Source of the DNA: an uncultured Bacillales bacterium
GTDB lineage: Bacteria; Bacillota_I; Bacilli_A; RFN20; CAG-288
DNA length: 64,000 nt
Assembly: GCA_905211645.1 (NCBI GenBank)
Contig: CAJMBK010000008.1
Location: 8,272 to 72,271, forward strand
Reading direction: 5' to 3'
Below, in pieces: positions 38,648-47,709 of this stretch. A model generated the notes under the pieces. That model was not told the DNA's origin. It was given only the letters and a program-made list of their open reading frames with translations, and did not search any database. Positions within the stretch are counted from its first letter, which is position 1. Every line of letters starts with the position of its first letter. The position numbers and the translations under genes were made by a program.

Positions 38648-38679
38648 ATGCTGCCAGCTTCTTGGCAGCATATTTTTAT
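38648..38679. terminator. bidirectional intrinsic terminator between convergent genes
   Basis: atgctgcca/tggcagcat 9-bp stem, A-run upstream, T-run downstream. Confidence 0.6.
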
Positions 38680-40082
38680 CTATTTCTAACTTGATTCATT
38701 GAGTAAATAACAATTTTTACATCATCACTAGGTTTAACCATGTTTGTCATATTTTCTGTGACCAATGTGACGAAAGTGTTATTATTTAAAATCAATTCAC
38801 AAAGTTCCTGGTCGATGAAACAGACGACGCTGATCATTTTACCCTTTGTTTCGAACTCATAAATTCTTCTTCTCTTGTAGAAAGCAGTCTCTTTATTAAG
38901 AGATCTAGTTCTATCGATGAAAAGAGTATTTTCATCAGTATAAATATCAACGGATCCAACTGAAACACTTTGGAAAGGTTTCAAAGAGAACATAATCTTT
39001 TCTGGATAGTGAGTTTGCTTTAGTCTAAGTTCATTAACTTCATTAATAATTCTCATGTCCATCAATGGGTGAACTGAGAATGAGAATTTTCCTCTATCAT
39101 CGAATGTGATTCTTCTTGGAGCGGTTAACATGCCATCTGCATCTTTAATTTGGACATCAGTTGGAATGCAACCGAAAGCAATAAGCCTATCTCTTGAGTC
39201 GTATTGAACTTTGATAGATGTCATATCTTCGGAGCAGTCAAATCTGCTCTTTGTTGATAAATCGTATGTGAATTCACCATGTTGAGGATTAAAATCGGAC
39301 ATGACACAGTAGCTTCTTGAATAAGATGCTAAATCTCTAGAAATCATGTAAGCACCACTTCTATTATCTTTACTTACTGAGCAGGTGATCATGACTGAAG
39401 AAATATTTGTCTCTCTGATTCTGTTGATTGAAAGTGAAGTAACACGGTACTTACTTTCAAGGAATGGACAACTTCCCAAAAACTCAACTTTGTTATGGTT
39501 GATATCAAAATGGTATGTTGCTATTGTTCTTAAATTTGTTTTAACGTTGAAACCAACTAAAACGATATAAACTTCATTTTCGTAATCAAATGCTGAGATT
39601 GCTTCAATAGTACCCTTTTCAAAATCAGCAGCTTCGATATCATGTTCATCAAGTAAAACATGCTTATCGTTTGTGTTATCAAAATTGATACCATCTTCAG
39701 AAAAACAGCAGATAACTGCAGTATTTTCAACTGAAGTTAAATCATGAATATGAAGATTTCTTTCATCTTTTCTTGAATATCTATTTGCGATGTAGAAAAG
39801 ATAAATTCTGTCTCTGATAACTAATGCTGTGCAATCTTCAATACCATCTCTATCCAATTTAAGAGTTGGATAAATAGCATCACAAGCATTTTTGAAAACT
39901 AAAGTATCATCGGAAATACCATGACCGACGACGTAAAAGTTTTCCTCTTTAGAAAATGGAGAATGTAAATCAAAAATATGATATTGGTTTTTATAATAAC
40001 AGTAGCCAGCAATTTTAATTAAAGAATTTCTCACTAATGTATAGTGGCTTCTTGGTTTAAATTGTTTCTTGATTGGTTCCAT
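38676..40082 (-). CDS. GH32-like (beta-fructofuranosidase-fold) protein with unrecognisable catalytic motifs
   Basis: YHIFDLHSP...FYVVGHGISDDTLVF resembles GH32 YHLFYQ..P...WGH..S.DL..W block; RD and SCPFLE resemble RDP/ECP blocks but nucleophile Asp and acid/base Glu not found. Confidence 0.4.
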   Translation of the reverse strand: MEPIKKQFKPRSHYTLVRNSLIKIAGYCYYKNQYHIFDLHSPFSKEENFYVVGHGISDDTLVFKNACDAIYPTLKLDRDGIEDCTALVIRDRIYLFYIANRYSRKDERNLHIHDLTSVENTAVICCFSEDGINFDNTNDKHVLLDEHDIEAADFEKGTIEAISAFDYENEVYIVLVGFNVKTNLRTIATYHFDINHNKVEFLGSCPFLESKYRVTSLSINRIRETNISSVMITCSVSKDNRSGAYMISRDLASYSRSYCVMSDFNPQHGEFTYDLSTKSRFDCSEDMTSIKVQYDSRDRLIAFGCIPTDVQIKDADGMLTAPRRITFDDRGKFSFSVHPLMDMRIINEVNELRLKQTHYPEKIMFSLKPFQSVSVGSVDIYTDENTLFIDRTRSLNKETAFYKRRRIYEFETKGKMISVVCFIDQELCELILNNNTFVTLVTENMTNMVKPSDDVKIVIYSMNQVRNR

Positions 40083-40350
40083 ACTCGGATATTATATCAT
40101 TTAGAGTTATTAATATTACCTTGAAAAATCAAATATTTATAGAAAAAACGGCAAATTTTGCCTATTTTTTTGCATAATTTCTTATCTTTCACTTTTAGTA
40201 CAATGTTTACAAAAATTCTATTTTTAAACATCAAAAATTTCAGGTTTGATATTGAGGATAAAGGCAAATTCGGTATTGAAAAATAATTCCTAATTTGGTA
40301 ATCTTTATAAGCATTTTAAGTTTTTATTATGCTTAGATGGAGGTATAAAC

Positions 40351-40611
40351 ATGTCTCGTTATTGTGATTTAAGTGGCGTTGGTCCACTCACTGGTAATAC
40401 CCGTTCACACTCATTAAGAGCAACCCGTCGCCGTTGGAATGTTAATCTTCACAAGGTTAAAATGAACATCAATGGACAAGTCGTTACACTTAAAGTTTCC
40501 GCACGTACACTCCGTACTTTGAAGAAGCAAGCACAAGAAGCTCATGCTCACTGCGGTTGTGAACATTGCCAATGTGAAGCACACGAAGCTGAAGCAGTTG
40601 CTTCAAACTAA
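40351..40611 (+). CDS. rpmB: 50S ribosomal protein L28 with His/Cys-rich C-terminal extension
   Basis: [36 protein letters not shown]... canonical L28; extra tail ...[23 protein letters not shown]. Confidence 0.8.
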   Translation: MSRYCDLSGVGPLTGNTRSHSLRATRRRWNVNLHKVKMNINGQVVTLKVSARTLRTLKKQAQEAHAHCGCEHCQCEAHEAEAVASN

Positions 40612-40664
40612 TTAAATCATATATAAAAACACTACTCATGAGGTAACTCGTGAGTAGTTTTTTC

Positions 40665-41390
40665 TTATAAGAACATGTATCCAAGTGAAGTATCAACAAT
40701 CAATAAGATTAATGTGATACCAAGTGAAGCGATATAAATCCATTCAGTAAGTGCTAAGAAATTGACCTTTGGTCTTAAGAAATAAGTTGCACCATCCTGT
40801 TCGGTTTTATTCTTTTTAGCCCAACTGGAAAGTTTTGGATTTAAAAGTAAGATAACTAATAATAGAGCAAGAACTGAATAAGCAATTGCGGTTCCAAATG
40901 AGATTGAAAATTGTGAATAATCTCTCATGACATGAGAATTGTAGAAACCGTAAGTAGCAAGTAAACCATTCTTTAAGATTGTTGAAGCAAATGATAATGT
41001 TGTGAAAATAATATGTTTATTTGGATAGAAAAGTGAAAATCCAAAGTTCAATCCATACATGATTGATTCAACAAAAATGACGATAACAATGACTAATCCT
41101 AACCAGTTGAATTCACCTAAAGTTGTTAATAAATTGAATGTGTAAATAAGTGAACCACCTACATAGAATAATAAGAATAAAAAGAATGAATAAACTGCGT
41201 AAACTCTTCTTTTTTCAGTTAAAAGAGAATTTAATTCACATGGGAATGTGTTAAATATCGTGCTCTTTTTTTGCAAATATTTTTCTTTTCTCAAACATAG
41301 TACACAAGTAACTATGAATAATATCAAACTTGCTAATCCTAAAACAAGAATTGGAAGGATGATATTGAGATTTATCATGGTATAAGGCAT
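40665..41390 (-). CDS. hypothetical polytopic membrane protein
   Basis: 241 aa, ~7 hydrophobic segments, no family recognised. Confidence 0.45.
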   Translation of the reverse strand: MPYTMINLNIILPILVLGLASLILFIVTCVLCLRKEKYLQKKSTIFNTFPCELNSLLTEKRRVYAVYSFFLFLLFYVGGSLIYTFNLLTTLGEFNWLGLVIVIVIFVESIMYGLNFGFSLFYPNKHIIFTTLSFASTILKNGLLATYGFYNSHVMRDYSQFSISFGTAIAYSVLALLLVILLLNPKLSSWAKKNKTEQDGATYFLRPKVNFLALTEWIYIASLGITLILLIVDTSLGYMFL

Positions 41391-41445
41391 TCAATAACCT
41401 CCGAATTTTTACATTATTATAAAAAATCTAACTTCTATATTCTCT

Positions 41446-42120
41446 TTAGATATTTAATTTCTCGATTTGTTCTGCAATTTTAGTTCCATTTTCAACGAAT
41501 AAGTATGAACCTGAAACAAAGTATCTTGCACCTAAATCGTAGCAACGTTTTGCGGTTTTATCGTTGATACCACCGTCAACTTCAATAAAACAATTTAAAT
41601 TGTTTTCTTCAATAAAGTTACTTGTTTTCTTGATTCTTTCAAGGCTAGATTCAATGAATGATTGTCCGCCATAACCTGCTTGAACGGTCATGATTAAAAC
41701 AAAGTCAAACTTAGAAAGAACTTTGAAGAAAAGTTCATCATCGGTATAAGGGTTAATTGCTAAACCAAGTTTAAGTTCTGGGTATTTTAAGCGTGTTTCA
41801 GCCACTAAATCTAAAAGTTCTGTTTCTGATTTAAAAACTTCAACGTGAAATGAAACAAGTTTAGCACCCATATCAGCAAATTTAGAAACGTGATCTTTTG
41901 GATTAATAACCATCAAATGAACATCTTCAGTAAATCCACATTTATGAACTAAAGGGAAAATAGATTCACCAAAGGAAATATTAGGAACAAAATTGCCATC
42001 CATGACATCGTAGTGAAGATATTCAATACCAGCATTACGCATTTTATTGAACTGATCTTCCAATGTCAAAAAGTTGCAACCTAAAATGCTAGGTAAAATG
42101 ACAGATTTATTTTCTTCCAT
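41446..42120 (-). CDS. rpe: ribulose-phosphate 3-epimerase
   Basis: PSILGCNFLTLEDQ...HYDVMDGNFVPNISFG signature. Confidence 0.85.
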   Translation of the reverse strand: MEENKSVILPSILGCNFLTLEDQFNKMRNAGIEYLHYDVMDGNFVPNISFGESIFPLVHKCGFTEDVHLMVINPKDHVSKFADMGAKLVSFHVEVFKSETELLDLVAETRLKYPELKLGLAINPYTDDELFFKVLSKFDFVLIMTVQAGYGGQSFIESSLERIKKTSNFIEENNLNCFIEVDGGINDKTAKRCYDLGARYFVSGSYLFVENGTKIAEQIEKLNI

Positions 42121-42994
42121 AAATTGACTCCTTTGCTTCTTCTAATAATTTTGTGTAGTTTGAGTAATGTTTAAGTTTTTGCTCATCTTCATTGTATCTA
42201 AAACAAACATTACAGATGTTTTTATCTTCGTTTGTATGTAAACAATCTCTGTATTTACAATCGTGTGAATAGAGCGAAAATCCTGGGAAATTCTCAGCGA
42301 TATCAGCCTTAGTTAAATCAAGTTCAAATGATGAAAATCCAGGTGTATCACCGATGAATCCGTTGTTATAAGGAATTAAAGTAACGCTTTTTGTAACGTG
42401 TTTTCCTCTACCTTTAATAACTTGATAATCACCTTCTTGGAATGAAAATGATGAATCTATTTTATTGAGCATTGTTGATTTTCCAACACCGGATTGACCC
42501 ATGACACAGATTGTCTTATTCTTAGTTAATTCAATAAGTTTTTCAACATCCATAATACCATCAATTGATGAGTAAAAACATGAAATACCTAAGCTTTCAT
42601 AGTATTCTCTTTCTTTTTGAATACTTGCTTTCTCTTCATCGTTCAAGAGATCATATTTAGAAAAAATAATAACAGGTCTAATGGATGAATAGTGTGCGGT
42701 TAATAGGTACTTATCCAACATGAAAGAGGAATAATTAGGCTCTTTAACTGATATTATTACTAATACAATATCAACATTAGCAATTCTTGGTCTAGTTAAT
42801 AAAGTGGTTCTTTCTAAACGTTCTTTAATGTTATTTTCTTCATCCAAAATAACGTTGTCACCAACCATTAAATTACCTTTATTAAAGACAACATTTTTTC
42901 TAACTTTACAAACTCTTTTATCTTCATGATTTTCAGTATTAACTAAAACATAACCTAAAGAGGAGTTTGAACAAACTTTATAAATATTACCCAT
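42107..42994 (-). CDS. rsgA: ribosome small-subunit-dependent GTPase A
   Basis: GQSGVGKSTMLN P-loop, C-terminal Zn finger CKYRDCLHTNEDKNICNV. Confidence 0.85.
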   Translation of the reverse strand: MGNIYKVCSNSSLGYVLVNTENHEDKRVCKVRKNVVFNKGNLMVGDNVILDEENNIKERLERTTLLTRPRIANVDIVLVIISVKEPNYSSFMLDKYLLTAHYSSIRPVIIFSKYDLLNDEEKASIQKEREYYESLGISCFYSSIDGIMDVEKLIELTKNKTICVMGQSGVGKSTMLNKIDSSFSFQEGDYQVIKGRGKHVTKSVTLIPYNNGFIGDTPGFSSFELDLTKADIAENFPGFSLYSHDCKYRDCLHTNEDKNICNVCFRYNEDEQKLKHYSNYTKLLEEAKESIYGRK

Positions 42995-43875
42995 TATTTC
43001 TTACCTTTTGAGAATAAGCGTTTGAAGAATCCTTGTTTAGTTTCAATCATTGAAGGGTTCTTAACAATCTGTTGAATATCTTCTCTCATGTTGTAGACAG
43101 ATTTATATCTGTCATTAGGAGATTTCATCGTTGCTTTCAAAATAATTTTTTCTATACATGCTGGAGTTTTTGAATTGTATTTCTTTGGAGATGGGAATTT
43201 TTCCTTGATATGTTTTAAAGCAACCATGACAGCTGAATCATCATCGTAAGGAACTCTTCCAGTAATCAATTCAAAGAATGTAATACCTAAAGAATAGATA
43301 TCAGATTGAGGTGAAGCAACATTTCCTTGAGAAATTTCAGGTGCTAAATAGTGAACAGAACCGACAACAACTTCGCTTCTTGTAACATGACTTGCATTTG
43401 TGAAAGTTGCGATACCAAAATCACCAAGTTTAATAGTTCCGTCCGCTAAAACATAGACATTTTGAGGTTTGATATCTCTGTGAATAACACCATGTTGATG
43501 TGCGTATAAAACTGCGTTACAAAGTTGAAGCATGACATCGCACGCTTCGATAAATGAGAGTTTTCCTCTTTGGTTTAAAACGTCTCTAAGTGTCTTACCG
43601 TTAACAAATTCATTAACCATGTAAGGACGGCCTTTGTAATTACCAAGAGTAACAACTCTGACAATATTTGGATGATTCAAACTAGCTGCAGTTCTTGCTT
43701 CTCTTTCAAAACGAGTGAGATTCACTGCGTTTTTCATAGTTTCTTCCTTAATAATTTTCAAAGCAAAATCTTTATTTAAAATTAAATCTTTTGCCTTATA
43801 AACTATTGCCATACCGCCTTCACCAAGAACAGCATCAAGGCGATATCTTCCGTCAATAACATCATTTAATTCCAT
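42994..43875 (-). CDS. Ser/Thr protein kinase (Hanks type), kinase domain only
   Basis: ALKII Lys, HRDIKPQNV, DFG, APE motifs; 293 aa without TM or PASTA repeats. Confidence 0.8.
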   Translation of the reverse strand: MELNDVIDGRYRLDAVLGEGGMAIVYKAKDLILNKDFALKIIKEETMKNAVNLTRFEREARTAASLNHPNIVRVVTLGNYKGRPYMVNEFVNGKTLRDVLNQRGKLSFIEACDVMLQLCNAVLYAHQHGVIHRDIKPQNVYVLADGTIKLGDFGIATFTNASHVTRSEVVVGSVHYLAPEISQGNVASPQSDIYSLGITFFELITGRVPYDDDSAVMVALKHIKEKFPSPKKYNSKTPACIEKIILKATMKSPNDRYKSVYNMREDIQQIVKNPSMIETKQGFFKRLFSKGKK

Positions 43876-43876
43876 A

Positions 43877-44620
43877 TTAGTTGACTACCTCCAATAAAGA
43901 AACTCCAATATTATCCTTACCACCGTTTGAGTTTGCAGTTTTAATTAAAATCTCGCATTTCTCTTTAGTGTTGAATAATTTCTTAGAAAGAATTTTTGTA
44001 ATTTCCTGATTATTAACCATATTGTACAAACCATCTGAACACAGTAATAATTTATCATAATCGTTATCGATAATTGAAATATGTGGAATAACACTATTTT
44101 TTATTCCAACCGCTGCAATTAAAGTATTATTCATCTTCAAATCAGATATATCTGAGAAAGTTAGATGATTATCATGAGCAAAGTTAAAAAGTGTATCTGA
44201 ATAAGTAACTTTTCTTAGCTCTTTTTCTCTTGAAAAGGTGTAACATGCTGAATCACCAACATGAAGAATATAAGTTTTTGTATCAAAAACTAAAGCAAGA
44301 GTATAAGTTGAAGCCATATTCGAGTAGATCTCTGAAGATATCTGCATCTCCTTAACTCTTTCTTGAATAAAACTGAATAGTCTCTTTAAAGTTTTAACAA
44401 TTTTTGCTTCATCCTTTAAATCATCTTCTTCAAGATTATTTAAATATTGAATGGTGAGTTCTCCGCATAATGTTGAACAAACCTCACCTTTTCTATTACC
44501 ACCGACTCCATCACAAACTAATAAGCCAGCAAAAAATGGAAAAAATGATGCGAATGCAAAATCTTCATTATTCTTTCTCTTTTTACCGCAATCAGTTAGT
44601 GAATAAATACGATTCATCAT
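43877..44620 (-). CDS. PP2C-family Ser/Thr phosphatase (Stp/PrpC)
   Basis: DGVGGNRKGEV and LLCSDGL motifs, 247 aa. Confidence 0.8.
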   Translation of the reverse strand: MMNRIYSLTDCGKKRKNNEDFAFASFFPFFAGLLVCDGVGGNRKGEVCSTLCGELTIQYLNNLEEDDLKDEAKIVKTLKRLFSFIQERVKEMQISSEIYSNMASTYTLALVFDTKTYILHVGDSACYTFSREKELRKVTYSDTLFNFAHDNHLTFSDISDLKMNNTLIAAVGIKNSVIPHISIIDNDYDKLLLCSDGLYNMVNNQEITKILSKKLFNTKEKCEILIKTANSNGGKDNIGVSLLEVVN

Positions 44621-44622
44621 AG

Positions 44623-45690
44623 TTATTCTTCCTTAATCTTCTTGTATTTTGCTCTTAATTGTCCGCAAGCAGCGTCGATATCAGAACCAAATTCTTTTCT
44701 GATAGTTGCTTTAATTCCATTGGCATTCAAAAAGTCACGGAAAGCATGAACTTTGTTATTTGATGATCTCTTGAATGGTTTTTCTGCAACTTCATTGTAA
44801 GGAATTAAGTTAACATAACCATAAGTAGGTTTAATAAGTTCAACAAGTTGTTTGGCGTGCTCTAAAGAGTTATTTAAACCATCAATCATGATGTATTCGT
44901 AAGTAACTCTTCTGCCATTTGCAGATTTATTGTAATCTTCGATGGCTTTAATAAGTTCTTTCAAAGGGTATTTTCTGTTAATTGGCATCAATTTATTTCT
45001 GATTTCATCATTTGGAGCATGAAGCGAAATAGCTAAATTGATCTGCAAATTTTCATCCTTAAATCTTTCAATTCCAGGGACAATGCCGCATGTAGAAATT
45101 GAAATATGTCTTGCACCAACATCGATACCAAATTGGCAGTTGATAATTTTAACGTAATCCATAACATTATCATAATTATCAAAAGGTTCACCAGTACCCA
45201 TGACAACAGAGTGAGTTAAGTGGGCTTTTGTATCAATTTCAGTTCTTAAAATTTGATCGACAACTAAAAATTCACCGACCATTTCAGCAGCAGTTAAATC
45301 TCTTCTTTTTCTAAGTAAACCAGAGGCACAGAATGCACAGCCCATCAAGCAACCAACTTGAGAGGAAACACAAACAGAATCACCGTAGATATATCTCATC
45401 AAAACTGTTTCTACGAGTTGTCCGTCTTCAAGTTTAACAAGGAGTTTCATTGTTCCATCACTTGAAATCTTTTTAACTTCTACTTCTGGAAGATGAATGT
45501 AATATTTGGATTTCAAAACTTCACGAAAACTGACTGAAATATCAGTCATCTCATCGAAATCAAATACTCTTTTCTTATACAACCAGGAGTAAATTTGCTT
45601 AGCACGGAAAGCTTTTTGACCTAAAGCCATCATCTGACCTTCCAATGCTTGTAAAGTTACACCTAAAATATTAATTCTATTTTCTTCCAT
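44623..45690 (-). CDS. rlmN: 23S rRNA (A2503-C2) / tRNA methyltransferase RlmN (radical SAM)
   Basis: GCLMGCAFCASG CxxxCxxC, conserved position after rsmB in Bacillus-type operon. Confidence 0.85.
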   Translation of the reverse strand: MEENRINILGVTLQALEGQMMALGQKAFRAKQIYSWLYKKRVFDFDEMTDISVSFREVLKSKYYIHLPEVEVKKISSDGTMKLLVKLEDGQLVETVLMRYIYGDSVCVSSQVGCLMGCAFCASGLLRKRRDLTAAEMVGEFLVVDQILRTEIDTKAHLTHSVVMGTGEPFDNYDNVMDYVKIINCQFGIDVGARHISISTCGIVPGIERFKDENLQINLAISLHAPNDEIRNKLMPINRKYPLKELIKAIEDYNKSANGRRVTYEYIMIDGLNNSLEHAKQLVELIKPTYGYVNLIPYNEVAEKPFKRSSNNKVHAFRDFLNANGIKATIRKEFGSDIDAACGQLRAKYKKIKEE

Positions 45691-46979
45691 TATGAAACCC
45701 TCTTTAAAATAGCGTAGTAAAGACTGTCACTATTAAATTCATAAGATAAAATTTGTTTTTCTTTAATTAGTGTGAATTCTGGATGATTCTTTACAAATTC
45801 TTCAATTCTTTCAGTTGTTTCAAAGTCTAAAAATGATCTAACCATGAAAAATAATCTGCCATTAGGTTTAACAAAGTATGAAGATTCTTCCAAATAATCT
45901 TTGATGACATCTTTGGCTCTCATTTCAGCTATTTCGAGTGAGAAATTGAATAAAACATCACCAGAACGCTTGAACATGCCAATATTTGAATTTGGAGGAG
46001 TACAGATAACAACATCCTTTGAATCAAATTCAACTTCATTTTTGATAAATCTAAGTTCTTTGCAAATTAAAGTTTCGCAATCAACTCCAAGTCTTTCAAA
46101 TAGTGCCTTACTTCTTGCTAAAGATCTATCATCTAAGAAACAAGCAAGACTTCTACCGTTATTCATATTGTTGATAATTGAATAGTAAGAGCAAAGATTA
46201 CCACTTGTGGCAGTAATTTGCATGATATCATCAAATGAATGATAGTTGATATCATCCAAAGCCTTAAAAATTGAAAAATCAAGAACAAAGAGCTTACCAT
46301 CAACGACTTCTTTAAGTTCAGAAGGTAAAATCTTCTGCTTTAAAATCAAAATTCCGTAGCTATCAAACATCTTATTTTCACTTTTAACGATTTCGAATCT
46401 ATCATCGTTAGCAAAATCTTCCAAATGGCATTTGTTGATATTGATAGCAAGTGCTTGTTTGTATTGAAAATTTGGTTTAATCAAATTATTAAGTTCATCC
46501 CTTGAAAATGAATCGTGAAGTTTAACAAAAACATCATAAGGAAGATTCAAAATCAAAAGATTCTTCTCAAGTTTAGATAAAGTTTTATTCTCTAAATATT
46601 TATTTTGAGTGCAAAATGCACGGATTTTCTGAGAAAAAGATGTGGTATCAACATAAGTTGGAGTGTACAAACTCTCCAATAGATCGTTATCAATTTCTTC
46701 AACAGAAATATCTTCTTTCATATATTTGAAAGAGATGAAATAGTAAGCGATGAGGTAGAAAAAGATATCTTCTTTGCTGATTAAAGGAAAATTATCCTTG
46801 ATAGCAAAGTCGATAAGCATGAAATGTCTCACGTAAAAATTGACTATCTTAACTACATATTTTTTATCTTCTTTGGAGATGTTATTGGATAAAAAGAAAT
46901 AATTGCAATAGTCTTTTACAGGGATCTTTTTTATCTTGATTGCATAGAGAATATCTGCAACCATATCAAAAATTTTCAC
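45690..46979 (-). CDS. RsmB/Sun-like protein with degenerate SAM-binding and catalytic motifs (probable pseudo-methyltransferase)
   Basis: Synteny position of rsmB; ...ACFLDDRSLARSKALFERLG aligns with RsmB; motif I DIMQITATSGN (no GGK), motif IV VICTPPNS (Cys->Asn), motif VI FFMVRS (Cys->Arg). Confidence 0.55.
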   Translation of the reverse strand: MKIFDMVADILYAIKIKKIPVKDYCNYFFLSNNISKEDKKYVVKIVNFYVRHFMLIDFAIKDNFPLISKEDIFFYLIAYYFISFKYMKEDISVEEIDNDLLESLYTPTYVDTTSFSQKIRAFCTQNKYLENKTLSKLEKNLLILNLPYDVFVKLHDSFSRDELNNLIKPNFQYKQALAININKCHLEDFANDDRFEIVKSENKMFDSYGILILKQKILPSELKEVVDGKLFVLDFSIFKALDDINYHSFDDIMQITATSGNLCSYYSIINNMNNGRSLACFLDDRSLARSKALFERLGVDCETLICKELRFIKNEVEFDSKDVVICTPPNSNIGMFKRSGDVLFNFSLEIAEMRAKDVIKDYLEESSYFVKPNGRLFFMVRSFLDFETTERIEEFVKNHPEFTLIKEKQILSYEFNSDSLYYAILKRVS

Positions 46980-47069
46980 ACTAAAACCTCTTAAACTATC
47001 TATATTTTACTAAATTAATATTTATATCTTATATAGATAGCAAGATATAAGTAAAACTATCTAATTAAG

Positions 47070-47106
47070 CCAAAGAAAAACTCCTAACTTAATCAAATTA
47101 GGAGTT
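47070..47106 (-). terminator. intrinsic terminator after gene 47115-47696
   Basis: aactcctaa/ttaggagtt 9-bp stem, T-run on minus strand. Confidence 0.5.
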
Positions 47107-47114
47107 AATAACAC

Positions 47115-47696
47115 TTACTTATCTTCTTCGTCGTGACAGCAATCACCTTCACAACAAGTGTGACTATGTGGTTTTGGTTTAGCAAATAAGCTATCGAATT
47201 GACCTAATAAACTATCAACCTTTTCATCATCTGCATTTTCAGATTCTTCTAAAAGTGAATTGATTTGTTTAACAAATGGTGATTCTTCTTCCTCTTGAGG
47301 ATCGACAGGATTATCTTCACCATCAAGTAATGATGTCTCTGCTTTAACCATATTTGCAGGAGTTAAATAAAGTGGGTAATCATCATCGATTGAAAGATGT
47401 TCTTCATCGAAATATTTAACTCTGATAAGTGAGTTAATAGCAATTTCTTTCAACTTCTTTTGTAAATATTTGATGACATTTGGCATCAAATTTTTATATT
47501 TATTTGATGCGTCGATTTCACAGTTGATGTAGTAGGAAGTTTGTTCTTGACCATCATGAATAAAGAAACTTTCTGCGGCGATAAAGTTTAAATCTTTGTC
47601 TTCAATTTCCAATAAATTGACTAAATCTTTATGAATTTTCTTTGTGAAATCAGCGATGAGATAAATATCTTGACCTAAGAATTTAATTGTAACCAT
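47115..47696 (-). CDS. hypothetical protein with acidic linker and C-terminal His/Cys cluster
   Basis: 193 aa; N-terminal ~110 aa globular, then Glu/Asp-rich region ending ...KPKPHSHTCCEGDCCHDEEDK. Confidence 0.45.
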   Translation of the reverse strand: MVTIKFLGQDIYLIADFTKKIHKDLVNLLEIEDKDLNFIAAESFFIHDGQEQTSYYINCEIDASNKYKNLMPNVIKYLQKKLKEIAINSLIRVKYFDEEHLSIDDDYPLYLTPANMVKAETSLLDGEDNPVDPQEEEESPFVKQINSLLEESENADDEKVDSLLGQFDSLFAKPKPHSHTCCEGDCCHDEEDK

Positions 47697-47709
47697 ATTG
47701 CCTCCTTTT

